Assembly (NCBI GenBank): GCA_052055015.1
Contig: JBQJIT010000015.1
Source: Malassezia furfur
Lineage: Eukaryota
Strand: one strand, 5' to 3'
DNA length: 20,000 bases
Every line of letters starts with the position of its first letter. Position 1 is the first letter of the stretch. Under the pieces are notes generated by a model. It made no database searches. It saw only the letters and a list, made by a program, of their open reading frames with translations, and was not told the origin of the DNA. Below are positions 1-9,294 of the stretch, piece after piece. Made by a program: the position numbers and the translations under genes.

Positions 1-1058
1 TGCTCGCAACCCGCGTGCTGCGCCTCGCCGGGACGAAGCCGAGCGTCGTGCTGCTGGCGCACATGCTCGTCGCATGCTTTGCGAGCATGTGGATTTCCAA
101 CGTCGCTGCGCCCGTGCTCATGTTCTCGCTGGTGCAGCCGATCCTGCGCAACCTGCCGCCCAAGTCGCCGTACGCCACCAGCCTGGTCATGGGCATTGCA
201 CTCGCGTCCAACATCGGCGGGCAGACGTCGCCGATCGCCTCGCCGCAGAACCTCATTGCGCTTGAGTACATGAAGCAGCCGATCGGCTGGCTACAATGGT
301 TCTCGATCACGATTCCTGTATCGGGCGTGTCGCTGCTGGTGCTCTGGGCACTGCTTCTGTGGTCCTTTGGAAGCGGCAAGGGCGTCGTGATCAAGCGCAT
401 CCCCGAGCCGAGCCATGCACTGGACAAGACGCAGTGGTTCATCTCGGCGGTGTGCATCGGCACGATTGTGCTGTGGTGCGTTGAGCGCAAGATCGAGTGG
501 ATTGTGGGCGACATGGCCATTGTTGCAATCGTGCCGCTTGTGTGCTTCTTCGGGACGGGGATCCTGACCAAGGAAGACTTCAACAACTTCCTCTGGACCA
601 TTGTGTTCCTCGCGATGGGCGGCATTGCGCTTGGTAAGGGCGTCGACTCCAGCGGGCTGCTCTCGGCGCTCGACCACTTCGTGCAGTCGCACGTCGAGGG
701 GCTGCCCCTGTACCGCATCCTCCTCTTTCTCGTCACCACCGGACTCGTGGTCGCGACCTTTATTTCGCACACCATCGCCGCGGTGCTTCTTGTGCCGCTC
801 GCCGCACAAATCGGCGAGAATCTGTCGCAGCCGCACCCGCGCCTGCTCATCATGGCGACGGTGCTCACCGCAAGCGCGGCCATGGGGCTGCCCATCTCGG
901 GCTTCCCCAACATGACCGCCATCAACCTCGAGGACGAGGTGGGACACCGCTACGTGTCGGTGCGCACCTTTTTGCGCGTCGGCATCCCGGCGAGTCTGCT
1001 TGCGACCGCGGTGATCAGCAGCGTCGGGTACGCCCTCATGTCGCTGCTCGGTCTGTAG
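1..1058 (+). CDS. PHO91: Low-affinity phosphate transporter, Pho87/Pho90/Pho91 (SLC13/DASS) family; 5' end lies outside the window
   Basis: The frame is open from position 3 to TAG at 1056-1058 and encodes many hydrophobic helices. Motifs SMWISNVAAPVL, ALASNIGGQTSPIASPQN and MGLPISGFPNM are typical of this family. Which paralogue it is remains uncertain. Confidence 0.85.
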   Translation, partial: LATRVLRLAGTKPSVVLLAHMLVACFASMWISNVAAPVLMFSLVQPILRNLPPKSPYATSLVMGIALASNIGGQTSPIASPQNLIALEYMKQPIGWLQWFSITIPVSGVSLLVLWALLLWSFGSGKGVVIKRIPEPSHALDKTQWFISAVCIGTIVLWCVERKIEWIVGDMAIVAIVPLVCFFGTGILTKEDFNNFLWTIVFLAMGGIALGKGVDSSGLLSALDHFVQSHVEGLPLYRILLFLVTTGLVVATFISHTIAAVLLVPLAAQIGENLSQPHPRLLIMATVLTASAAMGLPISGFPNMTAINLEDEVGHRYVSVRTFLRVGIPASLLATAVISSVGYALMSLLGL

Positions 1059-1088
1059 GTGTCCTTTCGCGGGGTATATATGTACAGA

Positions 1089-2429
1089 CTAGGTGCGCGT
1101 GTGTCGGTGCGCGAGCCAACGGCCCACCACTTCGAACGAGCCGATCATAATGCCACACGACGGCGCAACCTTGGCAAGGCGCGGTGTCAGGCCACGGAAC
1201 ACGCCTGTCACGCCCTCGGATGCGACGATGCGGCGCAGCGTGCCAAGCATCGCGTTCGTGGGCTGCGGCGCGCCAGGGGGGTATCGGTGGTTGCGTGTCT
1301 GCGTCTCGGCTTGCAGGCGCGTCTTGACGAGGTCAAAGGGATGCGTGAGGAACGCGGCGACGCTCCCGCTCGTTGCGCCCACACCAAACGAGATGCCAAA
1401 CTCTTGCCAAAACGTCGACGTGTGGCTCTCGCCGAAGCCCGCGCCGGTAAACAAGTACTTGCCGCCCTCGTAGCCGGTGAAGTAGATTGCCGAGAAGGGC
1501 ACATCGCGCCATAGCGTCGCAGACAGCCCGCGCCACAGGACGCTAATGCCTTTGGTCTGTACGTCGCGGTACAACGGCTCGAGTACGGAGGCGAACGACG
1601 AGCGGCCATGCGACGCCTGCAGCCGCGTGCGCAGCAGCTCGAGCGGCGTGACGAGCGTCGCGGATACGGAGCGCGACAAAGCGCCTGACACCAGCGATGC
1701 AGCCAGCACCGGCACACGGAACGCGCTCTTCGGCGCCTCGTCCAGATCGTACGGCATGCCCCCGGGAATCTCGGGCATACATATTTCGTTCTCGTCGAAC
1801 ATCGACGGCACCGTCGTGATCGGTGGCGCGTCCAGCGACAGCAGCAGCCGGCGGAACGCGTCGTAGCACGTCATGTACGTCACCTGCGACGGCACCGTCA
1901 TCGCCACGGTCGGCACCAGGCCGCGCCACAGGCCACGCCAGCCTTCGGCGCGCAGCACCTTGACGATACCATCCAGGATGCCGTGCATGCGCTGCTCGTG
2001 CAGCAGCGTTTCGACCTCACACACATGTGGTGTGCACTTGCCGGGGTACACGCACGCTGCCTGTCCGTTGGCCGCGAGCGTCACGGGGAAGGTCGACACG
2101 CGGTACGACGCCGAAGCGCGCGACGACCACAACGAGAGGGAGCTGCGCTGCTGCTGCGCAGGGCACGCATGTATTTCGTGCGCCACGGCACGGGGAGGAG
2201 GCGATGACTCGGTCGGAGCCTCGGCGTATCCAGCGTACCCGAGATCGTGCTGCGTCTGCAGACGGGTCTTAACCACATCCAGCGGCGTCACTGCGTCAGG
2301 AGGTCACGTACTCAGCACAGACGTCGTGAATGCGCCAACAATCGCGGCAATGGCCCGGTCCGTATGTGACATGGTGACATGCACCGGCCCATCGTCCTGG
2401 CCGCCACGCGGCTCGGACTGCTGCGACAT
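1089..2429 (-). CDS. MTM1: Mitochondrial carrier, Mtm1/SLC25A39-40-like; exons 2429-2312 and 2290-1089 (~439 aa)
   Basis: Three carrier signatures are present: PLDVVKTRLQ, PLELLRTRLQ and PFDLVKTRLQ, plus RDVPFSAIYF. The first TM helix (AIAAIVGAFTTSVL) is joined to MTPLDVVK by a 21-nt intron at 2291-2311 (GTACGT...CTGAC GCAG) that contains an in-frame TGA. Confidence 0.85.
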
Positions 2430-2532
2430 GTTCGCGACTGCCAGGGACGCGAACGGTGCGGTGGCGAACATCCGCCGCGGCCTTTTAACGAGCTTATGTA
2501 AGAAGGGCCGCCTCCACCACGCGCCCTGGCTA

Positions 2533-4215
2533 TCAGATAGGCAAATCGGCCCCCGCGGCGCCCGATGCTTCGTCCGATGTCGCCGCGGCGCGCCGCTCGG
2601 CACGCCGCCGGCCCTTGCCTTCGCGCCACTTTTCGTTCTTGGCACTCGCTGAAACGTCGCGTGGGCGGCGCACCATTGGCGTGTACTTGGTCGTAGGGCG
2701 CAGCGCGCCGTTGCCCAGCGGTACAAGCTGAGCACGCGGCGCCTGCGGCGTCACCAGTGTCGGTACCGGCAGACGCGGCGTGCGCGACACCTCGAACGAC
2801 GTGGATGCGGGCAGCGTCGTCGTCGCAGTCGTCGCACTGGCAATCGTAAAGTGACGCAGCAGCTCCGCATGAATCGCCTCGCGCGTCCACTGCGCGTGCA
2901 GATTTGCCGTCGCGCGCAGCGTCGGCGTAAAGTCGAGCGCATCGCTATGCACCGCGTCCATCGCATCGTTCGCACATGCACGCCATTGCACGTCATCCTC
3001 TCGGAAGCCACACTCCCATAGCATCAGCGGGCGGTCCGCGGCCATCTCGTAGCTGGGCTTCGTCTCGTACACAGCCAGCGTCTCGCTCACCTTCGGCAGC
3101 AAACGCAAGCGCGTGTAGCCGGGCGCATCGTCGTCAAGCATTGCGAGCGCCTGTGCCCGGTCGTGTGCCGCAGCCCCCGTATGCACATTCACAAGCTCGT
3201 CCACAATCGACGGGTCCTCGAGGCGCGCACCAACCAAAAACAGTACCGCCATAATGTTGCGCACTTGGTGATACAGGAATGCAGAGCCGCGCAGGTTCAA
3301 CACGTACATCGACTCGGTCGCCTCGGTGTCGGGCATCACCACCGGCAAATCCTGTGCCGTTGGCCACCCGATCGGGACCGCGTCGATCGTCGCGCCATCG
3401 ATGCGGCGAACAAAGTTGGTAATCTGCTTGCTTGCGTCAACTTTGCACAGATTGCGAAAATCGTGCTCACCAAGCAGCCGCGACGCCGCATCGCGCATCC
3501 GTTCCACATCCAGACGATTTGCAAACTGCGAGCCGCTCCCAGGCTGCCAAGCCAGCGCACTCGGCGCTCCTAGCGTGAAAAAGTACTTGTAGTGCCGGTA
3601 GGTACAATCAAAACGCGCAGAGAAATCCGCACGCACCGGCGACCATGCCTGGATCCGGATCGACGGTGGCAAGAGACGGTTGAGTGTCGCGACGTAGGGC
3701 AGTTCCTCACCAGAACTCAGGCGCTCGGGGGCAGGCATCTCAGCAGCGCTCCCCGAAAAGTTTCGCAACGCCCGTTCGTCGACACATCGACTGCGCACCC
3801 ATAACGCAATCACTTGGCCTGCGGCACTCACGCCCGCATCTGTGCGCCCACACCGGCTCCAGCCTGCGCCCTCCATACCCTTTTCCGGGTCCACAAGTCG
3901 CGCCGTACACAGCGCCTCCCAAATCGTCTCTTCCACGGTTGGAAGCGGCGTCACTTGCTGTGTCTGCGCGGCGAGACCCGAATACCGGCTTCCATCGTAG
4001 CAGAATCGCAGTGCAATCTTTCGGCACGGCTGTGCAGAAACATCGAATGGACGTGGCGCTTTGGCTTTGGGCTTGGCCTCCTCAGTCTCTTCCGAAAACG
4101 CGCGCTCGGGTTCTGGCACTGCAAGGTGTGCCGACGACGCCGACGCCTCCAATTGCGCGATTCGTCTCAACAGCTGACTACGGGTCCAGTCACCGTAGCG
4201 CTCGTAGGCGGTCAT
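2533..4215 (-). CDS. PUS3: tRNA pseudouridine(38/39) synthase, TruA family (Pus3/Deg1); an alternative upstream in-frame ATG lies at 4302
   Basis: Catalytic motif CGRTDAGVSA, plus IALRFCYDG, FSARFDCTYRHYKYFF, GEHDFRNLCK and GSAFLYHQVR. Confidence 0.9.
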   Translation of the reverse strand: MTAYERYGDWTRSQLLRRIAQLEASASSAHLAVPEPERAFSEETEEAKPKAKAPRPFDVSAQPCRKIALRFCYDGSRYSGLAAQTQQVTPLPTVEETIWEALCTARLVDPEKGMEGAGWSRCGRTDAGVSAAGQVIALWVRSRCVDERALRNFSGSAAEMPAPERLSSGEELPYVATLNRLLPPSIRIQAWSPVRADFSARFDCTYRHYKYFFTLGAPSALAWQPGSGSQFANRLDVERMRDAASRLLGEHDFRNLCKVDASKQITNFVRRIDGATIDAVPIGWPTAQDLPVVMPDTEATESMYVLNLRGSAFLYHQVRNIMAVLFLVGARLEDPSIVDELVNVHTGAAAHDRAQALAMLDDDAPGYTRLRLLPKVSETLAVYETKPSYEMAADRPLMLWECGFREDDVQWRACANDAMDAVHSDALDFTPTLRATANLHAQWTREAIHAELLRHFTIASATTATTTLPASTSFEVSRTPRLPVPTLVTPQAPRAQLVPLGNGALRPTTKYTPMVRRPRDVSASAKNEKWREGKGRRRAERRAAATSDEASGAAGADLPI

Positions 4216-4323
4216 GATATGCGTTGTAGGGCCAGTAAAGTAACAACGACCTGCGCGAACCCCTCGTACACAAACTCCCCACGCCTTTGGCGCTCGAAGC
4301 ATGCACACCGACCTTTTTCGTGA

Positions 4324-5920
4324 TCACGTGTTGTGGAGTGCACGGTGGAGGATGTCACTTTCTTGCAGCGCGTGGAGGACCACGCTGCAAAGCACGGTGG
4401 ACTCGGCCTGCACGCCCGTTGCGTCATGTTCCAAGATTGCTCCTGCTTCATCATCATGCGTCGCTGCATAGTTGTTTTGTAGGCGCATTGTGCACAGATG
4501 CGCAAGACACTGGCGTGCAAGTGCTGTAGCCGCTGTCGGCTGTCGCTGCTCGACGTCGATGGCCCGTGCGTTAGCAAACACTTGGTTGACCAACAGCGAC
4601 CATCCCTTGATAGGAGTGCTGCGGCAAACAAGTACCGCGCCAACAAAAAAGCGCCACAAGCACCAGCTTATGCGCCCCGTTGCATCGAGGAAGAGCGGTC
4701 GCTGCTGATCGCGTGGGGACTGCAACGATACGAGGGCACTCTCTGCAAACGCCTCCGTCGCCGAGTGCTTGCCCGTGGCATCAACGTGTGTAGGGGTATG
4801 CGTTGAGTCCATTGAAGCCAAAAGCAGGGTCAATCCAGGCGTATGGGTATCTTGTGCGGGTGTGTAGGCCAGAAAGTGGGCTAAGGTACGCTCCAACTCT
4901 CGGCGATCAGAGGGCAAGTCGGGCGACCAACTGCAGCGGTCGTTCAGGGTTTTGCTTCCCAGGACAAACCCATACTGACAAAGAAGCTCGGCATTGCCTA
5001 GCTCTCCATATGTATTGATCAGTTCCTCATCGGTGTCGATTTCCTCAACGCAGCGTACGTCGACCGTGTTGGAAATCGAGGACGATATAACAGCATGGCA
5101 GCTGCCTCGATGCTGCACGCCGCAATACATGCAGACATTTTCCTCTGCTTCGACATGAACATTGTGCATGTCTGTGTGGTTAAACAAGTCCGCAATGGGT
5201 ACCATGCATAATCTGAGTGAGAGTCAACGCACGTACCCATGAAAGACGTTCACCACGAAGGCACGACTCGAAACCAGGGTAAATGCATCCACAAAATTAT
5301 CAAAAGACAACTTGGAACCGATATTCTCCAGGGTGCTAGCACTGTACCGGTCCCAGTATGATTTCAGCCGCCGCTACGTTAGCAGCACACTTACTAAGGA
5401 ACACCCCGGTTTTAGATTTTTGTCGGCATCCCAAAATTGTGAGGCGCGTTGTACGTTGCGCCATGCCTCGGTCCCAACAAACCATACATTGCCTTCCCAG
5501 TGCAGAGGCCAACATAATGGAAGTGAGACATACTGGGGGAGGCTCTGGATGTACCCATAGAATTTTGATGCCTTCCCCAGATGCCGCTCATAGCATAGGC
5601 AAAGTGCCAGGTGGAGCGCATCATCTTTGCATTCTGAAACGGCCATTTTGAAGCTGTCACTCTGACCGAGCGCGCTGCTCCTGGTCGAATAAAGTGCACC
5701 GCTAGGAATCCAGGCCACTGGGTTAATATGCGCGCGTACCGACATCGTTTCGCCCGATTCTTTCTTTCGCGCGCACGGTCCATGCGCCCGGGCTTGCATT
5801 CCATTCAAGGTCTTCATCCATTTCAAGATCTAGTGGCACTTGGACGACCGCTATGCGATCGTCAAGGACCACGCCTTGTTCTTCGCACCATTCCAGCAGA
5901 GTTGCCAAGCGCTGATCCAT
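4324..5920 (-). CDS. SET-domain protein-lysine N-methyltransferase (Rkm/SETD6-like); exons 5920-5740, 5717-5395, 5373-5237, 5212-4324 (~509 aa)
   Basis: Splicing introns 5718-5739 (22 nt), 5374-5394 (21 nt) and 5213-5236 (24 nt) gives a continuous frame. It reads LLEWCEEQGV, YIQSLP, VSSRAFVVNVFHGLCMVPIADLFNH and ELINTYGELGNAELLCQYGF. Confidence 0.85.
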
Positions 5921-5973
5921 TGGTAGGAGCGGGGTATGTGGAGGCAAATGGGCACATTTTCGTAGCTGCGACC

Positions 5974-6417
5974 ATGTCGTCAAGTAAGACCGTGTATATT
6001 GGTGCGTGTTCGGCTTAATGTACAGGCGGAATCGACAAGGACACAACCGAGGAACTCCTCTACCAAGCTTTTGTGACCTTCGGCGAGATTAGTGACATTC
6101 AGCTGCCACGCGTCTCGGAAGGGGGTAAGTTTTCGACACTCACGCAGCATCCGCAAACCGTGGGTTTGGCTTCATCACTTTCTCCCAAGAAGAAGAGGCC
6201 GAGGACGCGATCGATAACATGCACCTAAACGAGTTCCGTGGCGTACGTTTAGATCTAATACAGAACGTCATTACGGTCAATGCAGCGAAACCCCACAAAA
6301 TTCAGACCGCCGATCCCTGGCGACCTATTTGGGAGACCGAGGTACGTTTCGACACCAACGCAGGAATGGATCAAAGAATACGGGGCCACACATAAGAGCG
6401 AAGATGATACTCGGTGA
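5974..6417 (+). CDS. Small RRM protein resembling the N-terminal RRM of cyclophilin E (Cyp33/PPIE), without a PPIase domain; exons 5974-6001, 6026-6124, 6148-6242, 6264-6341, 6364-6417 (~117 aa)
   Basis: Not in the ORF track. The spliced product is MSSSKTVYIGGIDKDTTEELLYQAFVTFGEISDIQLP...NRGFGFITF...AEDAIDNMHLNEFRGNVITVNAAKP...RPIWETEEWIKEY. It has RNP2 (VYIGGI), RNP1 (RGFGFITF) and a Cyp33-like PxW...W tail. There are four GT-AG introns of 24, 23, 21 and 22 nt. Confidence 0.85.
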
Positions 6418-6462
6418 TATGGTGATAGTGTTGCACAGGTGGTATACTATCGATTATGGATA

Positions 6463-7237
6463 TTACAGAAGGCGATGGATATTGTCATTCTCCAGGTCCA
6501 CCAGCGTCTTGGCATCGTACTTTCCATCTTCACGCGGCTGGTCGAGAAGCCTCTGCCACCACTTGAACAAGAACTCGTTCACGATGAGCTTGAACCACGG
6601 CGTGAAGGCCGACGCTGGGTGAGTAAAAAACGTACGATCCAGTTCGTTCATGAGTGTCTTGAGCTCCTCCATCGAGACCCACTTCACGTCACACACTTCA
6701 TTAGGGTTCACATTGAGCGTAACAGGTGTGGTCAAGAAAAGGATATAGTCGACTGTGGTCAGTCGGACAAAGCAACACACCTTCGTGTTCACCCCACAGC
6801 CCATCACTAGGCGCCATGTAATGGATGCGCGTGAGGAACTGAATGTCTTTCACATTTACTTGGTCCAAAGCAATGCCGAGTTCATGCTCGAGCTTCCGCC
6901 GCGCTGCGTTTTTGGCACCCTCCTTGCCGTCTAGTTCGGAACGCACCGCCAGCGGGTGAGAGCAGCAGGTGTTCGTCCACATATTGGGGAACGTGATTTT
7001 CTCCAGAGCACGGCGCTGGAGGAGCAACTTGCCCGTCGACGGGTCGAAGAGGAACATGGAGAACGCGCGATGCAAGAGGCCCTCGCGAATGTTGGTCATC
7101 AGGTGGCACTCTTTCTTGCTACCATCGCGCACATAATTGTCGTCGTTGTCCACCACAATGCAGCGCTCCTCCATGAGGCGGATCTGCTCCTCATCATGTC
7201 CCTGAAGAGAGACGTCTTCAGCTGGCGCACCGTTCAT
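6463..7237 (-). CDS. IDI1: Isopentenyl-diphosphate delta-isomerase type I; exons 7237-6781, 6752-6636, 6614-6463 (~241 aa)
   Basis: Motifs [22 protein letters not shown] and FTPWFKLI are present. WGEHE|VDYILF is restored by the 28-nt intron at 6753-6780. A second, in-frame 21-nt intron at 6615-6635 is probable. Confidence 0.93.
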
Positions 7238-7340
7238 GATCGCGAATCCTTCGTGAGAACGTCGTGCCGTAATCAGGCGAGGTGAATGTCACGTGCATCC
7301 ACGGTATGTGTCGTGCGCGCCTAGGCTCACCTTCCTAACC

Positions 7341-8296
7341 ATGGCGTCGAGCACGGACACAATTGACGTCCATCCCTGGGTCCATCCTGAATTTCGGCCC
7401 GGAGATGTCGATAAAATTATCTCGGATGTTGGTGCGTTTTTAGCTAATGCCTAGATCGTTACAACCCCCAAAACCGCGGCGTCCTGTTGGAATACCTCAA
7501 CACACAACTGAAGAACGGGACATACGACGCCTTGCCAAACTTGGCCATCCTGAAACTGTACGTACCACACCAAGCCGGCACCCAGGATGAAATTTTTTTT
7601 GTCAGTTGTGAGCGTTGTGGACTCGAGACCCACGCGCGCAGGACGTCTTGTTATTAGCTCTAGCTGAGGCCGCTGGTTGTTTTGCCAAGGACATGCTGAC
7701 CACAGCTTCCAACTCAACCCGAACGAGTTCGATTTTGATACCGCTATATATATCCTGGTTAAAGCGCTTATGGCCGTGCCGTTTGCCGACTTTAGCCTCT
7801 GCATTTCGCTCTTGGGCGAAGCCCCTGTCGCTACGCTCACGGCGAACGACAGCGCAAAGAGTACCGGCGCGTCGGGTATCATCATCGAGCCTGTCATCGC
7901 GCATCTTTCCACTCTCTCGACTCTGCTTTTTGAGGCTAAATTCCGCGACTTTTGGTCGTTCTACCAAAGCGCCGAGTTTGCTGACGTTCGTTCATATACC
8001 AGCAAAGCACATGGGTTTGAGGATGCCGTGCGAAAGATGGCTCTCGACAGCGTCCAAAGTACCTTTCGAACCATTTCGACGGAGCGCCTTGCAAGCTACC
8101 TTAACATGCCCGTGGCAGACCTGGAAACCTTCCTTGGGAAGCAGGCCGGGTGGTCTATCTCCAACGGGACTGTTCACGTACCAAAAAACCCAGAGAACGA
8201 CGTGAAGCCCTCCGTGGCCCGCGAGGAGATTTCGCTAGAGAGTACGTGGTACCACACTGACAGTTAGACTTGTCCAAATTACTGGCGCAGGCATAG
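7341..8296 (+). CDS. EIF3K: Translation initiation factor eIF3 subunit K; exons 7341-7431, 7455-7557, 7706-8241, 8268-8296 (~252 aa)
   Basis: The spliced product has VDRYNPQN...YDALPNLAILKLFQLNP...LVKALMAVPFADFSLC. Introns are 7432-7454 (23 nt), 7558-7705 (148 nt) and 8242-8267 (26 nt), and all exon phases are consistent. Confidence 0.88.
7581..7669 (+). ncRNA. Intronic box C/D snoRNA, probable SNORD44/U44-like guide for 18S rRNA (human Am166-equivalent)
   Basis: Lies within eIF3k intron 2. C-box variant AGGATGA at 7584-7590 and D box CTGA at 7664-7667. The adjacent 12-mer TATTAGCTCTAG (7652-7663) is the exact complement of the conserved 18S sequence CUAGAGCUAAUA. There is an imperfect flanking stem (ACCAAGCCGGC / GGCCGCTGGT). 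Confidence 0.75.
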
Positions 8297-8322
8297 CACA
8301 TCTGTAGAAATTATATTTACGA

Positions 8323-9294
8323 TCATGAGGAGACGCGCCATGTCCCGAGACACTCGATGTGTGCCTCGGTATCCGCACTACGCATGACCTTAGCCAGGAA
8401 CGAGGTCGGGTGAGGGGGTATCGAGGTGGTAGTGTGGTCGGACGGCTTGCATGTAAGCTCAACTAAGAGCAATGGATGTCCGTGGGCTGTCGTGGGCACG
8501 ACGTTGACGATATGCCATCCCGCAGCATCTTGGCCTGCAACTTGCATGAAGAGCATACACTCAAGTGTCGTGCTGATTCGATACATTGTCCGTACGGCAT
8601 CTTGACTTGTTCCCTGCCGGGAGCGGTAGGCCTGCATCAGCGCCGCGACATGGGCATCCCTTGGGTTGCACGTCGCAACAACAAAGCGCGTCGTGTTTTC
8701 TGCGTGAGCATAGGTAGGCATACCGTTGGAGTTTTGGATCCCTCGGACTAGGACTTGTGCGTTACTCAGTTCTGCTGCAAGCTCCGAACCAATGGCCGCG
8801 TCCATGTCGGACTGCAGAAGAGCGACGGCCTCAGCCGTCGACGGAGCTTCCTCGCGCGCCGCATGTGGCAGACGCTTTGCGAGGAACTGGGAGCATTGCC
8901 CGAGCGCCTGGGGGTGACTACGGACCACACGCAGGTTGCCAAGTTGGGCTGTGACATCATGCGAAGCTTGCCGAACGATCAGCGCGTGCGCAATACGCAA
9001 GTCGACTTCCTCGACGATCTTGAGTGCATGGGGCCCAAATGTGGCCTCATCGCCCAGGCAGGCAAACGTCTCGAGCACGGGCCCCTGCACGCTGTTGCTC
9101 AGCGGCACCACCACGACGATCGAGTGCGGGGCACGCGGGGCCGGAGCGATGCCTGCCTGCACAGCCGCGTGGATGGAAGGATGGGCGTGCAGGGTCACCG
9201 CATTTCCGCATGCAAACTGCCGCGCCGCCTGGTGTGAATAGGTCCCGAGCGGCCCCAGAAAAGCGACGCTGACGGTATCCGCTGGGACCTCCAT
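8323..9294 (-). CDS. PHA2: Prephenate dehydratase; probable exons 9294-8724 and 8699-8323 (~315 aa)
   Basis: Motifs VAFLGPLGTYSHQAA, SHPQALGQC, STAEA and NTTRF are present. Removing the 24-nt GTATGC...CTCAC GCAG segment at 8700-8723 restores the consensus spacing IQNSNENTTRF. Confidence 0.88.
   Translation of the reverse strand: MEVPADTVSVAFLGPLGTYSHQAARQFACGNAVTLHAHPSIHAAVQAGIAPAPRAPHSIVVVVPLSNSVQGPVLETFACLGDEATFGPHALKIVEEVDLRIAHALIVRQASHDVTAQLGNLRVVRSHPQALGQCSQFLAKRLPHAAREEAPSTAEAVALLQSDMDAAIGSELAAELSNAQVLVRGIQNSNGMPTYAHAENTTRFVVATCNPRDAHVAALMQAYRSRQGTSQDAVRTMYRISTTLECMLFMQVAGQDAAGWHIVNVVPTTAHGHPLLLVELTCKPSDHTTTSIPPHPTSFLAKVMRSADTEAHIECLGTWRVSS

Noticed and set aside
5213..5394. Stop-codon readthrough, alternative genetic code or pseudogenisation as an explanation for the in-frame stops and frameshifts in SET, MTM1 and RRM
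   Set aside because: Every interruption is bounded by GT...AG with a branch motif, and its removal restores motif spacing, so splicing is more parsimonious.
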